Notes: generated from the sequence alone by a model not told the origin. A stretch of 64,000 bases of DNA from Patescibacteria group bacterium (GCA_041738615.1 JBGSPL010000004.1:1203-65202); one strand, 5' to 3'. Counted from the first letter of the stretch, positions 10,272 to 19,767 are shown. Translations and numbers: made by a program.

Positions 10272-11210
10272 CTACTTGCTATGAAACGCGCGGTGTACCT
10301 CACGTAATTGTTTATTTGTAACGTGGGTATATATTTGAGTAGTCGTGATGCTAGAGTGTCCTAGCATTTCTTGCACACTACGCAGGTCAGCACCGTTTAT
10401 TAGCAGGTCTGTAGCAAAGCTATGTCGCATGACGTGAGGAGTGACATCCTTTACGATGCCTGCGAGTTTTGCATATTTTTTGATGATTCTCTGTACGCTT
10501 CGCGGCGTTAGTCGCATATATTCGCCCTTGTTTTCATCATCCTTGAGGCCCCCAACGTGAGTAAAAAGTGGTTTGTCTTCTGTTTTTCGCGCTTTTAGGT
10601 AGTCTGATATTGCATCTTTGGCGGCATCTGAGAGGAAGACGATACGCTCTTTGTCGCCCTTGCCCCTGACCATAAATTCACCACGTTCCAGATTGATGTC
10701 GTCGATATCTAGCGCCGTAAGCTCGCTGACACGTAAGCCCGTAGAAAAAAGCGTTTGGATGATAGCTTTATCCCTTAGCGTAATTTCAGCATTCTTGTTG
10801 GGGTTCTTTTCGGGCGCCCGCAGTAACTCCTCTACCTCAGTAATTTCCAGGAAAGTAAACGACTTCTTTGTGGCACCTGAGAGCTCCAGCTTCTCGGCAG
10901 CAAGACAGGGTATGTCGCGTTTGGCAAGATACTTCAGAAAAGCTCGCAGGGCGATAACGTGATAGTTCTGGGTAATCTTCTCGAGGTTTTCGCCCTGGTT
11001 AGTATCTAGTCGGTTTAAGTAGAGCCGATACTTGCGCACGAGATCAGCCGTAACGTCACTTGGTCGTATACTTTGTTTGTGTTTCTCCTTTTGGGCAAAT
11101 TCAAGAAATCTACCGAGGTAATGCTCGTAGTTTCGTATTGTAAGCTCGCTATGTCCACGCTCGATCTCGCAGTACTCTAAAAATTCGTTTATGAGGTCTT
11201 CTACGTCCAT
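10272..11210 (-). CDS. Tyrosine recombinase, XerC/XerD family (start likely 11210)
   Basis: TGLRVSEL, GKGDKER, HVMRHSFAT, LGHSSITTTQIY catalytic motifs. Confidence 0.92.
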   Translation of the reverse strand: MDVEDLINEFLEYCEIERGHSELTIRNYEHYLGRFLEFAQKEKHKQSIRPSDVTADLVRKYRLYLNRLDTNQGENLEKITQNYHVIALRAFLKYLAKRDIPCLAAEKLELSGATKKSFTFLEITEVEELLRAPEKNPNKNAEITLRDKAIIQTLFSTGLRVSELTALDIDDINLERGEFMVRGKGDKERIVFLSDAAKDAISDYLKARKTEDKPLFTHVGGLKDDENKGEYMRLTPRSVQRIIKKYAKLAGIVKDVTPHVMRHSFATDLLINGADLRSVQEMLGHSSITTTQIYTHVTNKQLREVHRAFHSK

Positions 11211-11267
11211 GCTACTAATATACTCTACCATATAATATTGTGCGACACTCATTATTGGCTGTGTGCG

Positions 11268-11296
11268 TTGACAAAGCAATTACTTGGCACCATAAT
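11268..11296 (+). promoter_or_regulatory. Sigma70-type promoter for the surface protein gene
   Basis: TTGACA (11268-11273), 17 nt, CATAAT (11291-11296); GGAGG before ATG 11341. Confidence 0.6.
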
Positions 11297-11340
11297 ATTT
11301 AAGAAGACTGCAAAGTAATGACCAATAATTATGGAGGGGC

Positions 11341-13158
11341 ATGGTTCGAGGCAGTAAAAGACGTAGAAGCTTATCTATAACTTCTTATGCTTCCAATATA
11401 AATAGTGAGCTTTTTCTGAGAAGGTTTACTCTCTTTATCTTACTGTTTTTTGCCTTTCAAGCATTTAGCCCGTTTTTGAGTGTTGTAAGAAAGGGATTTG
11501 TGCGAGCTGCATCTCCAACCATGACTCGCATTCTGCCGGTCGCCAATACTGGCACTACCGCATCGAACTCGTTGGTTTTGGTCCAGTCCAATGTCGACTT
11601 GAACCAGGCAACGGTTACCCATACGACTGTTCGAATCCTGCAGTACAGTAATTCTGTTTGGGCGAACAAATCCAGTTATCCAACTGCATCCTATGAGGCA
11701 GCATCGAAGTCAATTATCCTAGATCCCGGTAGCACGAGCGCCAATTATTTTTCTAATGGGGGTAAATACTCCATTGTTCTAGAGGGGGTAATCGACCTCA
11801 ACGGTAATAGTGTGACCGGCTGGTCAGTCAACGATGCAGATAGCCATGACTTCACGGTTGCTGCCACAGTAGCAGAGGATAACTCTGCGCCAGCAATCTC
11901 GTCTGTGAATTACACCAGTGTCACAGATTCTGCAGCGACTTTTACCTGGCACACAGATGAAGCTGCTACATATAGTGTCTCTGCAGCAACTCATGCTTAT
12001 TTTACCGCTCATCCCGATACCTATGATATTTGGTCAGCAACGACGAGAGCTTATACCGACTCTGGCAATAACCACACAGTAAGACTATCGAGTTTACTGG
12101 CGAATACCATTTATCATTTTCGAGTGATCTCTATTGATACTTCGGGTAACGCTAGCCAGTCTGCTGACGCAACCTTTGTAACGGCAGCTGACGCTACCGC
12201 GCCAACTATGACGCTGACGGCTCCAAACGGGGTAGCAGGTAATATTGTGGTTACCTCCAACGAAGCTTTGGATCCAACGACGGTCATAGCTGCTAATGTA
12301 AAAATCTGGAGATGTGAAACCGATAGTTATGCCGTTTGTCCTATGCCACCTGTGGCGGTGACCATCGCCACACCTACCCTTACAAATGGCAATAAAACGA
12401 TTACATTGAACCCAAGTGGGAACCTAGCGTACTCGAGTAGATATTTTGTAACGGTAGAGAATGTAAAAGACGTTTCGGGGAACCTCCTTACTGGCTGGAC
12501 CTGGACGACGTGTGAGCAAGCGGGTCATTACTTCGACACAGTCAATGAACTAGGCCAAGCATACGACGTTACAAATACGGAACAAACCTATGTTATCGGT
12601 GGTGTCAGCTTTCGATTCCATGATGCAGACACCGGCAACACAGGAGGGAATCTTAGCACAGACGACACAGTCACCGGTCTTGATCTGAGGGTCACTCCAA
12701 TCACGACTGCAAACGCGGCCCCAAATGGTAAAAAAGTATTATCGACTTATGACATCACTGCATATGACCAGTCGAGGCAACCGTTTGATTCAGGATTCAA
12801 ACTTAGCTTAACCATCCCTTATTCTAGTGGTTACACATATCAAGACGGGGACACGGTTGCATACTGGAGTGGAAGCCAGTGGTCAACTGTTGAGGAATTA
12901 GCTCATACCACCAATTCCATCACTGTAGATACAACCCATTTTTCTGAGTACGCAGTGATTCAAGCGGTCGCAACAACCACGGGTAGCCAAAACGGGACAG
13001 GGACTACCGACGGAACAGTCCTAGAAAATGGTGTTAGATCTCTGCCGGTGACTGGGATCAGCCTGCTGAACATTATCCTGAATATGATACTATCTGCCAT
13101 CTCGGTAGGCTTTATCCTAACTGTAGCAAGAAGAACCCAGTTTTCACGGCATTTGTAG
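11341..13158 (+). CDS. Cell-surface protein with Ig-like/FN3-like repeats and LPxTG sorting signal
   Basis: N-terminal hydrophobic signal; two similar Ig-like units (..V.DLNGN / VKDVSGN); FN3-like YHFRVISIDTSGN; LPVTG + TM + RR tail. Confidence 0.75.
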   Translation: MVRGSKRRRSLSITSYASNINSELFLRRFTLFILLFFAFQAFSPFLSVVRKGFVRAASPTMTRILPVANTGTTASNSLVLVQSNVDLNQATVTHTTVRILQYSNSVWANKSSYPTASYEAASKSIILDPGSTSANYFSNGGKYSIVLEGVIDLNGNSVTGWSVNDADSHDFTVAATVAEDNSAPAISSVNYTSVTDSAATFTWHTDEAATYSVSAATHAYFTAHPDTYDIWSATTRAYTDSGNNHTVRLSSLLANTIYHFRVISIDTSGNASQSADATFVTAADATAPTMTLTAPNGVAGNIVVTSNEALDPTTVIAANVKIWRCETDSYAVCPMPPVAVTIATPTLTNGNKTITLNPSGNLAYSSRYFVTVENVKDVSGNLLTGWTWTTCEQAGHYFDTVNELGQAYDVTNTEQTYVIGGVSFRFHDADTGNTGGNLSTDDTVTGLDLRVTPITTANAAPNGKKVLSTYDITAYDQSRQPFDSGFKLSLTIPYSSGYTYQDGDTVAYWSGSQWSTVEELAHTTNSITVDTTHFSEYAVIQAVATTTGSQNGTGTTDGTVLENGVRSLPVTGISLLNIILNMILSAISVGFILTVARRTQFSRHL

Positions 13159-13229
13159 TAGTTTGCGAATTACAGCCATGCTTATCTCAGGCGTGGCTTT
13201 TATAATCCAAACTTGCTAAAATACATAGG

Positions 13230-14033
13230 ATGAATATTCCTACAGCAATTATTTTTGGCCTGATCCAAGGTTTTGGCGAGATGCTACCGATATCAAGCTC
13301 GGCACACTTGGTGCTCTTTCCTTACTTGTTCGGCTTTACAGACCCAGGCCTGGCCTTCGATGTCGCACTTCATGTGGGGACCCTAGCGGCTATTCTGGGC
13401 TACTTTTGGCGTGATTGGGTAGATATGGCGGTATCGCTCGCAAAGCTTGCCAGAGAGCGCAAGGTGACGTCACAGAGCCAAAAACTAGCTGGCTTGCTGC
13501 TCGTTGCAAGTATCCCGGGCGCAATCTTCGGTTATCTACTCGGAGATTTGGCGGAAAGCGCTTTTCGCAACCCTCTGTTAATTGCTTTTACCCTGGTCGC
13601 GGCAGGCGTCTTACTTTACTTTGCGGATCACACCGATAAAGGTGGGCGAACGCTCAAGGAACTTGGTATTCGTGATGCTGTTGTAATCGGTCTTGCTCAG
13701 GCGGTGGCGATCATCCCTGGTGTCTCTAGGTCGGGTGCCACCATTACGGCTGGTCTTTTCTCGGGGATAAACCGCGAGGAAGCAGCACGTTTTTCTTTCT
13801 TGATGTCCGCACCAATTATCGCCGGAGCGGCACTTGTAAAGGTATCGAAGTTGGACGCAGGCATGGCAACATCGCTCTCATTCTGGGTGGCGATGCTTGC
13901 GGCTGTGGTTTCCTCCGCCCTGGCTATCAAGTTGTTGCTGAGCCTGGTGCGCAAACAACATTTTGATATCTTTGTCTGGTATCGTTTTGCCCTTGCTGCA
14001 GTAGTGTTAATAGTTTATTTATTGAAAGGATAG
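13230..14033 (+). CDS. uppP: Undecaprenyl-diphosphate phosphatase
   Basis: QGFGEMLPISSSAH and PGVSRSGATI BacA motifs. Confidence 0.95.
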   Translation: MNIPTAIIFGLIQGFGEMLPISSSAHLVLFPYLFGFTDPGLAFDVALHVGTLAAILGYFWRDWVDMAVSLAKLARERKVTSQSQKLAGLLLVASIPGAIFGYLLGDLAESAFRNPLLIAFTLVAAGVLLYFADHTDKGGRTLKELGIRDAVVIGLAQAVAIIPGVSRSGATITAGLFSGINREEAARFSFLMSAPIIAGAALVKVSKLDAGMATSLSFWVAMLAAVVSSALAIKLLLSLVRKQHFDIFVWYRFALAAVVLIVYLLKG

Positions 14034-14034
14034 T

Positions 14035-14499
14035 ATGTTACTAAATTCCCTGATAGTTTTTGTTTTGGCGGCGATGCCGATAATCGAGCTGCGCGGTGCG
14101 CTCCCAATAGCCATCTTCTCCTATGGTATGTCGCCATGGTATGCCTATATTCTCTGCGTAATTGGTTCGTTTGCGCCCACTATTGTTATCGTTTATCTTC
14201 TGGGGCCGGTTTCCGACTTTCTGCGTAAGCACATCAGGTTCTTTGAATGGTTTTTCGCCAAGCTTTTTCACTACGCTCGCGATAAGCACAGCAAGAAGAT
14301 CGAGACCCTGAAGGATGCGACGGTATTCATTATCGCCGCGCTACCGATTCCTCTTGCTGGGGCCTGGAGTGCCGCCCTTGCTGCTTTTGTCTTCAATGTA
14401 CCACCGAAGAAATCTTTGCCCTTGATGTTCGCCGGAACGGCTGTCGCCGGTGCTGCCGTACTCATCATCACTCTCGGTTTCAAGGCGGTGGTAAAGTGA
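14035..14499 (+). CDS. Putative small multidrug export family membrane protein
   Basis: PIIELRGALP and PIPLAGAW motifs. Confidence 0.75.
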   Translation: MLLNSLIVFVLAAMPIIELRGALPIAIFSYGMSPWYAYILCVIGSFAPTIVIVYLLGPVSDFLRKHIRFFEWFFAKLFHYARDKHSKKIETLKDATVFIIAALPIPLAGAWSAALAAFVFNVPPKKSLPLMFAGTAVAGAAVLIITLGFKAVVK

Positions 14500-15758
14500 G
14501 TATCGTAACGACGAAACTAAGGAACGGTATCAGTGTCATTACCGACGAAGTTCCAGCGGCAGAATCCTTTACCTTGCTGGTGCTTATTCGGACTGGCTCT
14601 CGCAACGAGACGCCAGATATTTGGGGAATTTCTCACTTTCTGGAACACATGGCTTTCAAGGGAATTCCTAGCTTTCCGACAGCAGAGCTTCTGAACAAAG
14701 AGCTGGATTCGTTGGGAGCAATGTACAATGCCTTCACCTCCAAGGAATATACTGGCTACTACGTGAAGGGGAGTAAACATATCTTCGATCGTGCGCTCGG
14801 CATTATCAGTGAGATGACTACGAGCCCGATTATTCTGGATGAAGAAGTTGACCGTGAACGGGGCACAATCGTGGAAGAAATTCACATGTATGAGGATGAT
14901 CCAAGGCGCAAGATCATGGATAATTTCGAAGAGTCACTCTATACCAACTTACGAGTCTCACAGAACGTCACGGGGACCAAGGACTCACTTGCTGGAATCC
15001 ACGCCAAGGAAATTCACGATTATCGTAACAAGCATTATGTGGCCGAAAATTTATATATATCTATTGCCGGCGCCGTACCGGCTGGCATTACAAATCAGCT
15101 TGAAAAACTTTTTTCTGTCGTCCCTGCCGCGAAGACAGCTTTTCTTCCTGAGGTAGCTCACGAAGTAAAAGGGGTAAACATCGAGTACAAGGATACCCAA
15201 CAGACCCACATGGCCATCGGGTTTCCAGGGTTAGCTATGAACGACAGTGAAATGGAGAGGGCTAAACTACTCTCGATAATCCTCGGTGGGAACATGAGCT
15301 CGCGAATGTTTAGTGAGGTTCGTGAGAGACGTGGACTGGCTTACTATATCCGAACATATAGCGACAACATGTATGACACTGGCGCTTTCGCGACCTTTGC
15401 GAGCGTAAATAACGAGAAAGCAACAGAGGCTGCCAAGGTTATGATGGATGTTTACCGTGGTGTTCTTGGGAATATCTCCGAATCGGAGCTTCGTCGTGCA
15501 AAAGATTTTGCGACCGGTATGCTGACCCTTCAATACGAGGACAGCGAATACCGCAGCGAGGTAAATGCCATGATGGCCCTCTACGAGATTTCACTTGCGG
15601 ACTTAAGGCAGCGCATCTCGGTGATAGAGCGGATTACTTTGGATCAGGTTCACGCAGTAGCCGCTAAGATACTCGACTTTGACCGGATTTGCCTTTCTCT
15701 CATCGGACCCTTTAAAAAAGACGAAGAATTTGCTAAAATACTTGAGTCAAAATGTTAA
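14496..15758 (+). CDS. M16 family zinc peptidase
   Basis: HFLEHMAFKG (HxxEH), NAFTSKE, SSRMFSEVRE..GLAY. Confidence 0.92.
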   Translation: MSIVTTKLRNGISVITDEVPAAESFTLLVLIRTGSRNETPDIWGISHFLEHMAFKGIPSFPTAELLNKELDSLGAMYNAFTSKEYTGYYVKGSKHIFDRALGIISEMTTSPIILDEEVDRERGTIVEEIHMYEDDPRRKIMDNFEESLYTNLRVSQNVTGTKDSLAGIHAKEIHDYRNKHYVAENLYISIAGAVPAGITNQLEKLFSVVPAAKTAFLPEVAHEVKGVNIEYKDTQQTHMAIGFPGLAMNDSEMERAKLLSIILGGNMSSRMFSEVRERRGLAYYIRTYSDNMYDTGAFATFASVNNEKATEAAKVMMDVYRGVLGNISESELRRAKDFATGMLTLQYEDSEYRSEVNAMMALYEISLADLRQRISVIERITLDQVHAVAAKILDFDRICLSLIGPFKKDEEFAKILESKC

Positions 15759-15788
15759 TAACAGTCCTTGTGGCAGAAAAGAGAGAAA

Positions 15789-16388
15789 ATGACAAAGGAA
15801 CAAACATTTATTGCGATCAAGGCTGAAGGAATTCAGCGACACCTCGTGGGCGAGATTATTACCAGATTTGAGAGACGCGGGCTCAAGCTTGCGGCGATGA
15901 AGATGATGGTGGCAACAGCCGACATCGTAGGTCAGCATTATCCAGATAGCGATGACTGGTACATCCCGACAGGGACCAAGGCTATCGAGGGTGCTGCAAG
16001 TCGCGGAATAGTCATGAAAGAGTCACCAAAAGAAGTGGCGACAGTAATCCGCAATAATCTTGTCGACCATTTTCTAAATCGTCCTATCATTTGTATGATT
16101 TGGGAAGGTGCTCATGCGGTACAGATTGGTCGCAAGACTGTGGGTGCAACAAACCCACTAGACGCGGCCCCAGGTACTATCCGTGGTGACCTGACCGTGG
16201 ATTCCTATGAGTTGGCTGATAAGGCAGGACGTGTAGTGCGAACTATCGTTCATGCATCTGGTAGTGTCGAGGAAGCAAAGACCGAGATTGCACTTTGGTT
16301 TAAGCCAGAGGAAATCATCGAATACGATATGATTAGCGCCGAGGTAATGTACGGTAACGATTGGGGACGAGTAAAGAACATCAAATAG
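15789..16388 (+). CDS. ndk: Nucleoside diphosphate kinase (long form; start likely 15789)
   Basis: EQTFIAIK, GATNP..A.PGTIRGD, VHASGS catalytic His. Confidence 0.92.
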   Translation: MTKEQTFIAIKAEGIQRHLVGEIITRFERRGLKLAAMKMMVATADIVGQHYPDSDDWYIPTGTKAIEGAASRGIVMKESPKEVATVIRNNLVDHFLNRPIICMIWEGAHAVQIGRKTVGATNPLDAAPGTIRGDLTVDSYELADKAGRVVRTIVHASGSVEEAKTEIALWFKPEEIIEYDMISAEVMYGNDWGRVKNIK

Positions 16389-16399
16389 ATCTGTTTTGT

Positions 16400-16427
16400 A
16401 AAAAGCGGCCCTTGTGGGCCGCTTTTT
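16400..16427. terminator. Bidirectional intrinsic terminator
   Basis: AAAAAGCGGCCC-TTGT-GGGCCGCTTTTT. Confidence 0.85.
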
Positions 16428-16540
16428 GTATTGGGTGTTCCCGAGAATCAGAACTTACTAATTTCTTAAACGCCGCCATATAAAAGATTTGAGAGTGTTC
16501 TCAGTTTCTTTTGATACTTTTGTCTATCGTCCATATATTT

Positions 16541-16701
16541 ACCGCTTTTGGCAGCAAAAGCGGTGTAAAACTGCCGACTCCTTGCAAAATCGCTAGTGTC
16601 ACTCCTCCCTTGCTCATTCTCACAAAGCAAAACTCACTGCGTTCAAACATTACTTTTTGAGATAATCGCTCAGTTCGTCGCTCGCTGTATTTTGCAGGTC
16701 G
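16541..16701. repeat. Intergenic structured region (10-bp hairpin plus ~125-nt nested inverted repeat)
   Basis: ACCGCTTTTG/CAAAAGCGGT; TGCAAAAT(16583)/ATTTTGCA(16689); TCTCACAAAGCAA(16618)/TTACTTTTTGAGA(16650). Confidence 0.45.
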
Positions 16702-16722
16702 CGGGAAGAGAAAGTACGGGGC

Positions 16723-17310
16723 TTATAGGTCTGCCAGTACTTTTTTGTATTCTTCAAAGGAGGTGTAGAGAAATGCTCTCATGCCGTAGGCGTTTGCCGC
16801 ATCCACTATCTTCTTGTCACTGTCAAAGAAAATAATTTCCTCGGGTAGCAGCTGTAGTTTGTTCACTACATAGTCAAAGTATTTTATGTCCGGTTTCTTG
16901 GCGCCTATCTCGTATGATGCAAAGATTCCGTCGAAATAGTTACTAAGCCCAGCATCTTCCCATAGGTACTCGGCTCGGTTTATTTCCTGGTTAGTGGCGA
17001 TATAGCATTTGGTGTCCTGGTCGCGGATCTTGACTACAGAATCAACTAGCTCTTTGTTTAGGCTTGGGGTGATGTCGGAAAACCAGTAGTCTATAAGTTC
17101 ACTGGTATCACCTTGGTATCCCCATTCTGATTTCACTTTTTCGAGCTCGGTGTAAAGATCTGCTTTCCCGAGCTGGCAATCACCATAGACGCCCTTAAAA
17201 AAGGGTAGAATAGTATCGATCGGAATGTTTTGTTCCTTCGACAGTCTCTCCGAAAAGAAACCGCTGTTTGTGATGACGCCATCGACGTCGTAAAGGATTG
17301 CTCTAATCAT
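16723..17310 (-). CDS. HAD-family hydrolase (start likely 17310)
   Basis: ILYDVDGV motif I, ATN motif II, KKPD motif III. Confidence 0.85.
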   Translation of the reverse strand: MIRAILYDVDGVITNSGFFSERLSKEQNIPIDTILPFFKGVYGDCQLGKADLYTELEKVKSEWGYQGDTSELIDYWFSDITPSLNKELVDSVVKIRDQDTKCYIATNQEINRAEYLWEDAGLSNYFDGIFASYEIGAKKPDIKYFDYVVNKLQLLPEEIIFFDSDKKIVDAANAYGMRAFLYTSFEEYKKVLADL

Positions 17311-17330
17311 GATTAGTTTCCTGTTATTTT

Positions 17331-17406
17331 TGGTGCCCTTGGAGGGAGTCGAACCCCCAACCTCTTCCTTAGGACGGAATCGCTCTATCCATTGAGCTAC
17401 AAGGGC
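17331..17406 (-). tRNA. tRNA-Arg(CCT)
   Basis: GCCCTTGTAGCTCAATGGATAGAGCGATTCCGTCCTAAGGAAGAGGTTGGGGGTTCGACTCCCTCCAAGGGCACCA: 76-nt cloverleaf, anticodon CCT, encoded CCA. Confidence 0.95.
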
Positions 17407-17420
17407 GTGTACTTTGTTTC

Positions 17421-17481
17421 GCTCCCCGCCCGAACGACTGTTTCGTTCAGTCGGGCGGGTATCCAACTGAGCTACGGGCGC
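17421..17481 (-). pseudogene. 5' fragment of a second tRNA with a 35-bp palindrome in the D-arm
   Basis: GCGCCCGTAGCTCAGTTGGATA-[CCCGCCCGACTGAACGAAACAGTCGTTCGGGCGGG]-GAGC; no anticodon or T arm follows. Confidence 0.65.
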
Positions 17482-17595
17482 GCGCGTCATGAGCAACAGG
17501 CTATATACTAGCATTTTACGAGTAATTCTGGAAGGGCCCTCTTCGTAATAGGTATTTCCAATGAATATTCTAGCGAATTCCTTTATACTTAAGCT

Positions 17596-18084
17596 ATGGC
17601 TTACGGAATCGTGCCTCTTGAAGGCGAAAAGACATTACTAATAGCGCGGAAGTCGCCGATAGTTATTTGGAAACAGATAGTCATCGCGGCTGTTCTTGTG
17701 GTAATGGCTTCTGTTAGTTTATTTTTTGGAGCAAATGAATATCTATATTTACTCTCGATTGCGCTGTTTTTAATCTTGGCAGTCTATGTTTTCGTCTTAT
17801 TCCGGGTTTGGTTTTACGACATTTATGTCGTTACAAATATGCGAGTGATACTATCTGAGCAGAAGGGGCTATTCCATCATGAAAGTTCCGAGATTGACGC
17901 GAGGGATATCGTAGAGGTCAAGAGTGTGCGCAAGGGGATCTGGGCGACGATTCTTCGACACGGGAGCGTGGTGATAATTACCCATCAGGCAAAAGAAACA
18001 TGGTTGACTCCGGTGCTTGACCCAGATTATGTAGCACAGAGCATCCGAGTGCTTGGTTCTGCTACGCAACGGCATGAGCAGTAG
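17596..18084 (+). CDS. Membrane protein with bacterial PH-like domain
   Basis: Two TM helices then YVVTNMRVI..QKGLF and HGSVVI. Confidence 0.7.
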   Translation: MAYGIVPLEGEKTLLIARKSPIVIWKQIVIAAVLVVMASVSLFFGANEYLYLLSIALFLILAVYVFVLFRVWFYDIYVVTNMRVILSEQKGLFHHESSEIDARDIVEVKSVRKGIWATILRHGSVVIITHQAKETWLTPVLDPDYVAQSIRVLGSATQRHEQ

Positions 18085-18147
18085 CGAAAATGTGGTTGTA
18101 CTCTTTTCGATAAATATGTAAAATTATAGACAAGTAAGCTTAAAGGA

Positions 18148-19182
18148 GTGGTTATGGCTTTTAAGTCAAAAAAGTCGCCTGTTGACGTCGCTGGAAATCC
18201 TGGGGCATCAATAAATGTGCTATCAGGTAAGATAAAAAAGCTTTTCCCAAAGCGGCATTCAGACGGGTCAAGTACTAAGAAGAATAAGCTAAAGAACTTC
18301 GCAAATCCAAAGGGGATTGTCCTTGTTGCAGGGAGTGCGTTAGCCCTCTTTCTGATTGTGATGGGTGTAGGTATTTATGCTTTCGCTTGGGACGATGGAT
18401 TTACAAAGGCAGTTTCTGTAGTCCCTTACCCAGCGGCTTATGTAGACGGCCGTTTCGTGATGTATCGCGACTACTTAGAGCAGCTTGACGTTATCAAAAA
18501 CTATGACAAAGAGTTCAAGAAGGTAGATTTCAAGACAGCTGATGGCAAGAAAGTTCTTGCTCAGGCAAAGAAAGATACTATGAACCGACTGGTCGAAGAT
18601 GCCCTGGTTTCGAACGAAGCTGTAAGACTCAAGGTGAAGCTTGCCACCAAGGACCTAAACGACAAGTTCGATGCCCTGGTAAAGAGTAATGGCGGCACCA
18701 AGAGCTTTGCAGATGTACTGAAGCAGTACTACAAGCTTACGCCCAATGAGTTCAAGGAAGAGATTTATCGCCCCAGACTCCTTAGACAGATGCTTGCTGA
18801 CAAGTATGCCTCAGACGACAGCGTAAATACGGACGCAAAGAAGAAGGCAGAGGACGTTCTCTCTAAAGTGAAGGGTGGGGCAGACTTCGCAGAGACAGCA
18901 AAGAAATACTCTCAGGATACAAGTGCCTCAAACGGGGGTGACCTCGGTTACTTCGGTAAAGGCAAGATGGTACCTGAGTTCGAAAAAGCTGCTTTCGCCC
19001 TGAAGACAGACGAGGTAAGCGGCGTTGTAAAAACAGTTTATGGCTACCACATCATCAAGGTCACGGACGTGAAGGGAGATGAAATCAAGGCTTCTCACAT
19101 CCTGATCAAGACCAAGGATTTCAATACTTGGCTTACAGATTCGGTAAAGACCGCCAAGAAAACAATCTACATCAAACAATAG
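18148..19182 (+). CDS. prsA: PrsA/SurA-like parvulin peptidyl-prolyl isomerase
   Basis: FAETAKKYSQD..NGGDLG..MVPEFEKAAF..TVYGYHII. Confidence 0.85.
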   Translation: MVMAFKSKKSPVDVAGNPGASINVLSGKIKKLFPKRHSDGSSTKKNKLKNFANPKGIVLVAGSALALFLIVMGVGIYAFAWDDGFTKAVSVVPYPAAYVDGRFVMYRDYLEQLDVIKNYDKEFKKVDFKTADGKKVLAQAKKDTMNRLVEDALVSNEAVRLKVKLATKDLNDKFDALVKSNGGTKSFADVLKQYYKLTPNEFKEEIYRPRLLRQMLADKYASDDSVNTDAKKKAEDVLSKVKGGADFAETAKKYSQDTSASNGGDLGYFGKGKMVPEFEKAAFALKTDEVSGVVKTVYGYHIIKVTDVKGDEIKASHILIKTKDFNTWLTDSVKTAKKTIYIKQ

Positions 19183-19190
19183 CCCAGAAC

Positions 19191-19217
19191 AAAAGCCCCG
19201 CTAAAGCGGGGTTTTTT
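19191..19217 (+). terminator. Intrinsic terminator
   Basis: AAAAGCCCCGC-TAAA-GCGGGGTTTTTT. Confidence 0.8.
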
Positions 19218-19277
19218 GATAACGAAAAACCCGCAAAGTGCACGGGTCTTCCAAGTGCCTTTTGCGGGTGTGGTGCC

Positions 19278-19655
19278 TTAGCGGAGATTCTTGACGATGG
19301 GCAGTTTGTAGCCCACATACTCCTCGACAGAGATGTAACCGGGGTGTTCTGCGCCTGGACCGGGCGTCGCCACGAGACTGTCAGCAGGTAGCTGGAGGTC
19401 TCTTTGTGGTAATACAAGCTCTGCAGCCCCCTTTACGGGGTAGAGGTTGTGTCCAAGCGAGACCGGCAGCTGGAAACGTTTCCCAGCAGCGGTGACAAGC
19501 GTCATTACCCTTTCACCATTCTCGAAAGTAGTACGAGCAATTCTCGAGACCTGCCAGTAGCGAAGATTCCCCTTCCGGTTGTGAACAAGGGCGTAACCCT
19601 TCCTCGGCGCCTGTGCAGGGACCTTGGCATTTCTGCCCTTGCGCTGATTTGCCAC
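19278..19655 (-). CDS. Hypothetical basic protein
   Basis: 125 aa ORF with GAAGGAGG ribosome-binding site before GTG and a downstream hairpin. Confidence 0.55.
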   Translation of the reverse strand: MANQRKGRNAKVPAQAPRKGYALVHNRKGNLRYWQVSRIARTTFENGERVMTLVTAAGKRFQLPVSLGHNLYPVKGAAELVLPQRDLQLPADSLVATPGPGAEHPGYISVEEYVGYKLPIVKNLR

Positions 19656-19767
19656 GATATCCCTCCTTCGGGACGAGGTTGTGTAGAGCTGTGATATTGT
19701 ATAACAAAATTAGACTTTTGTAAAGCCTAATATGATGGTGTATTTTATTCGCGGATAATCGGTCTAC

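Noticed and set aside
8770-11210. Shufflon inverting the PilX C-terminus via the adjacent tyrosine recombinase
   Set aside because: No alternative C-terminal cassettes or repeated crossover sites seen; the recombinase looks like a housekeeping Xer
17311-17514. N-terminal extension of the HAD ORF in the track
   Set aside because: It runs through tRNA-Arg; HAD motif I starts right after ATG 17310
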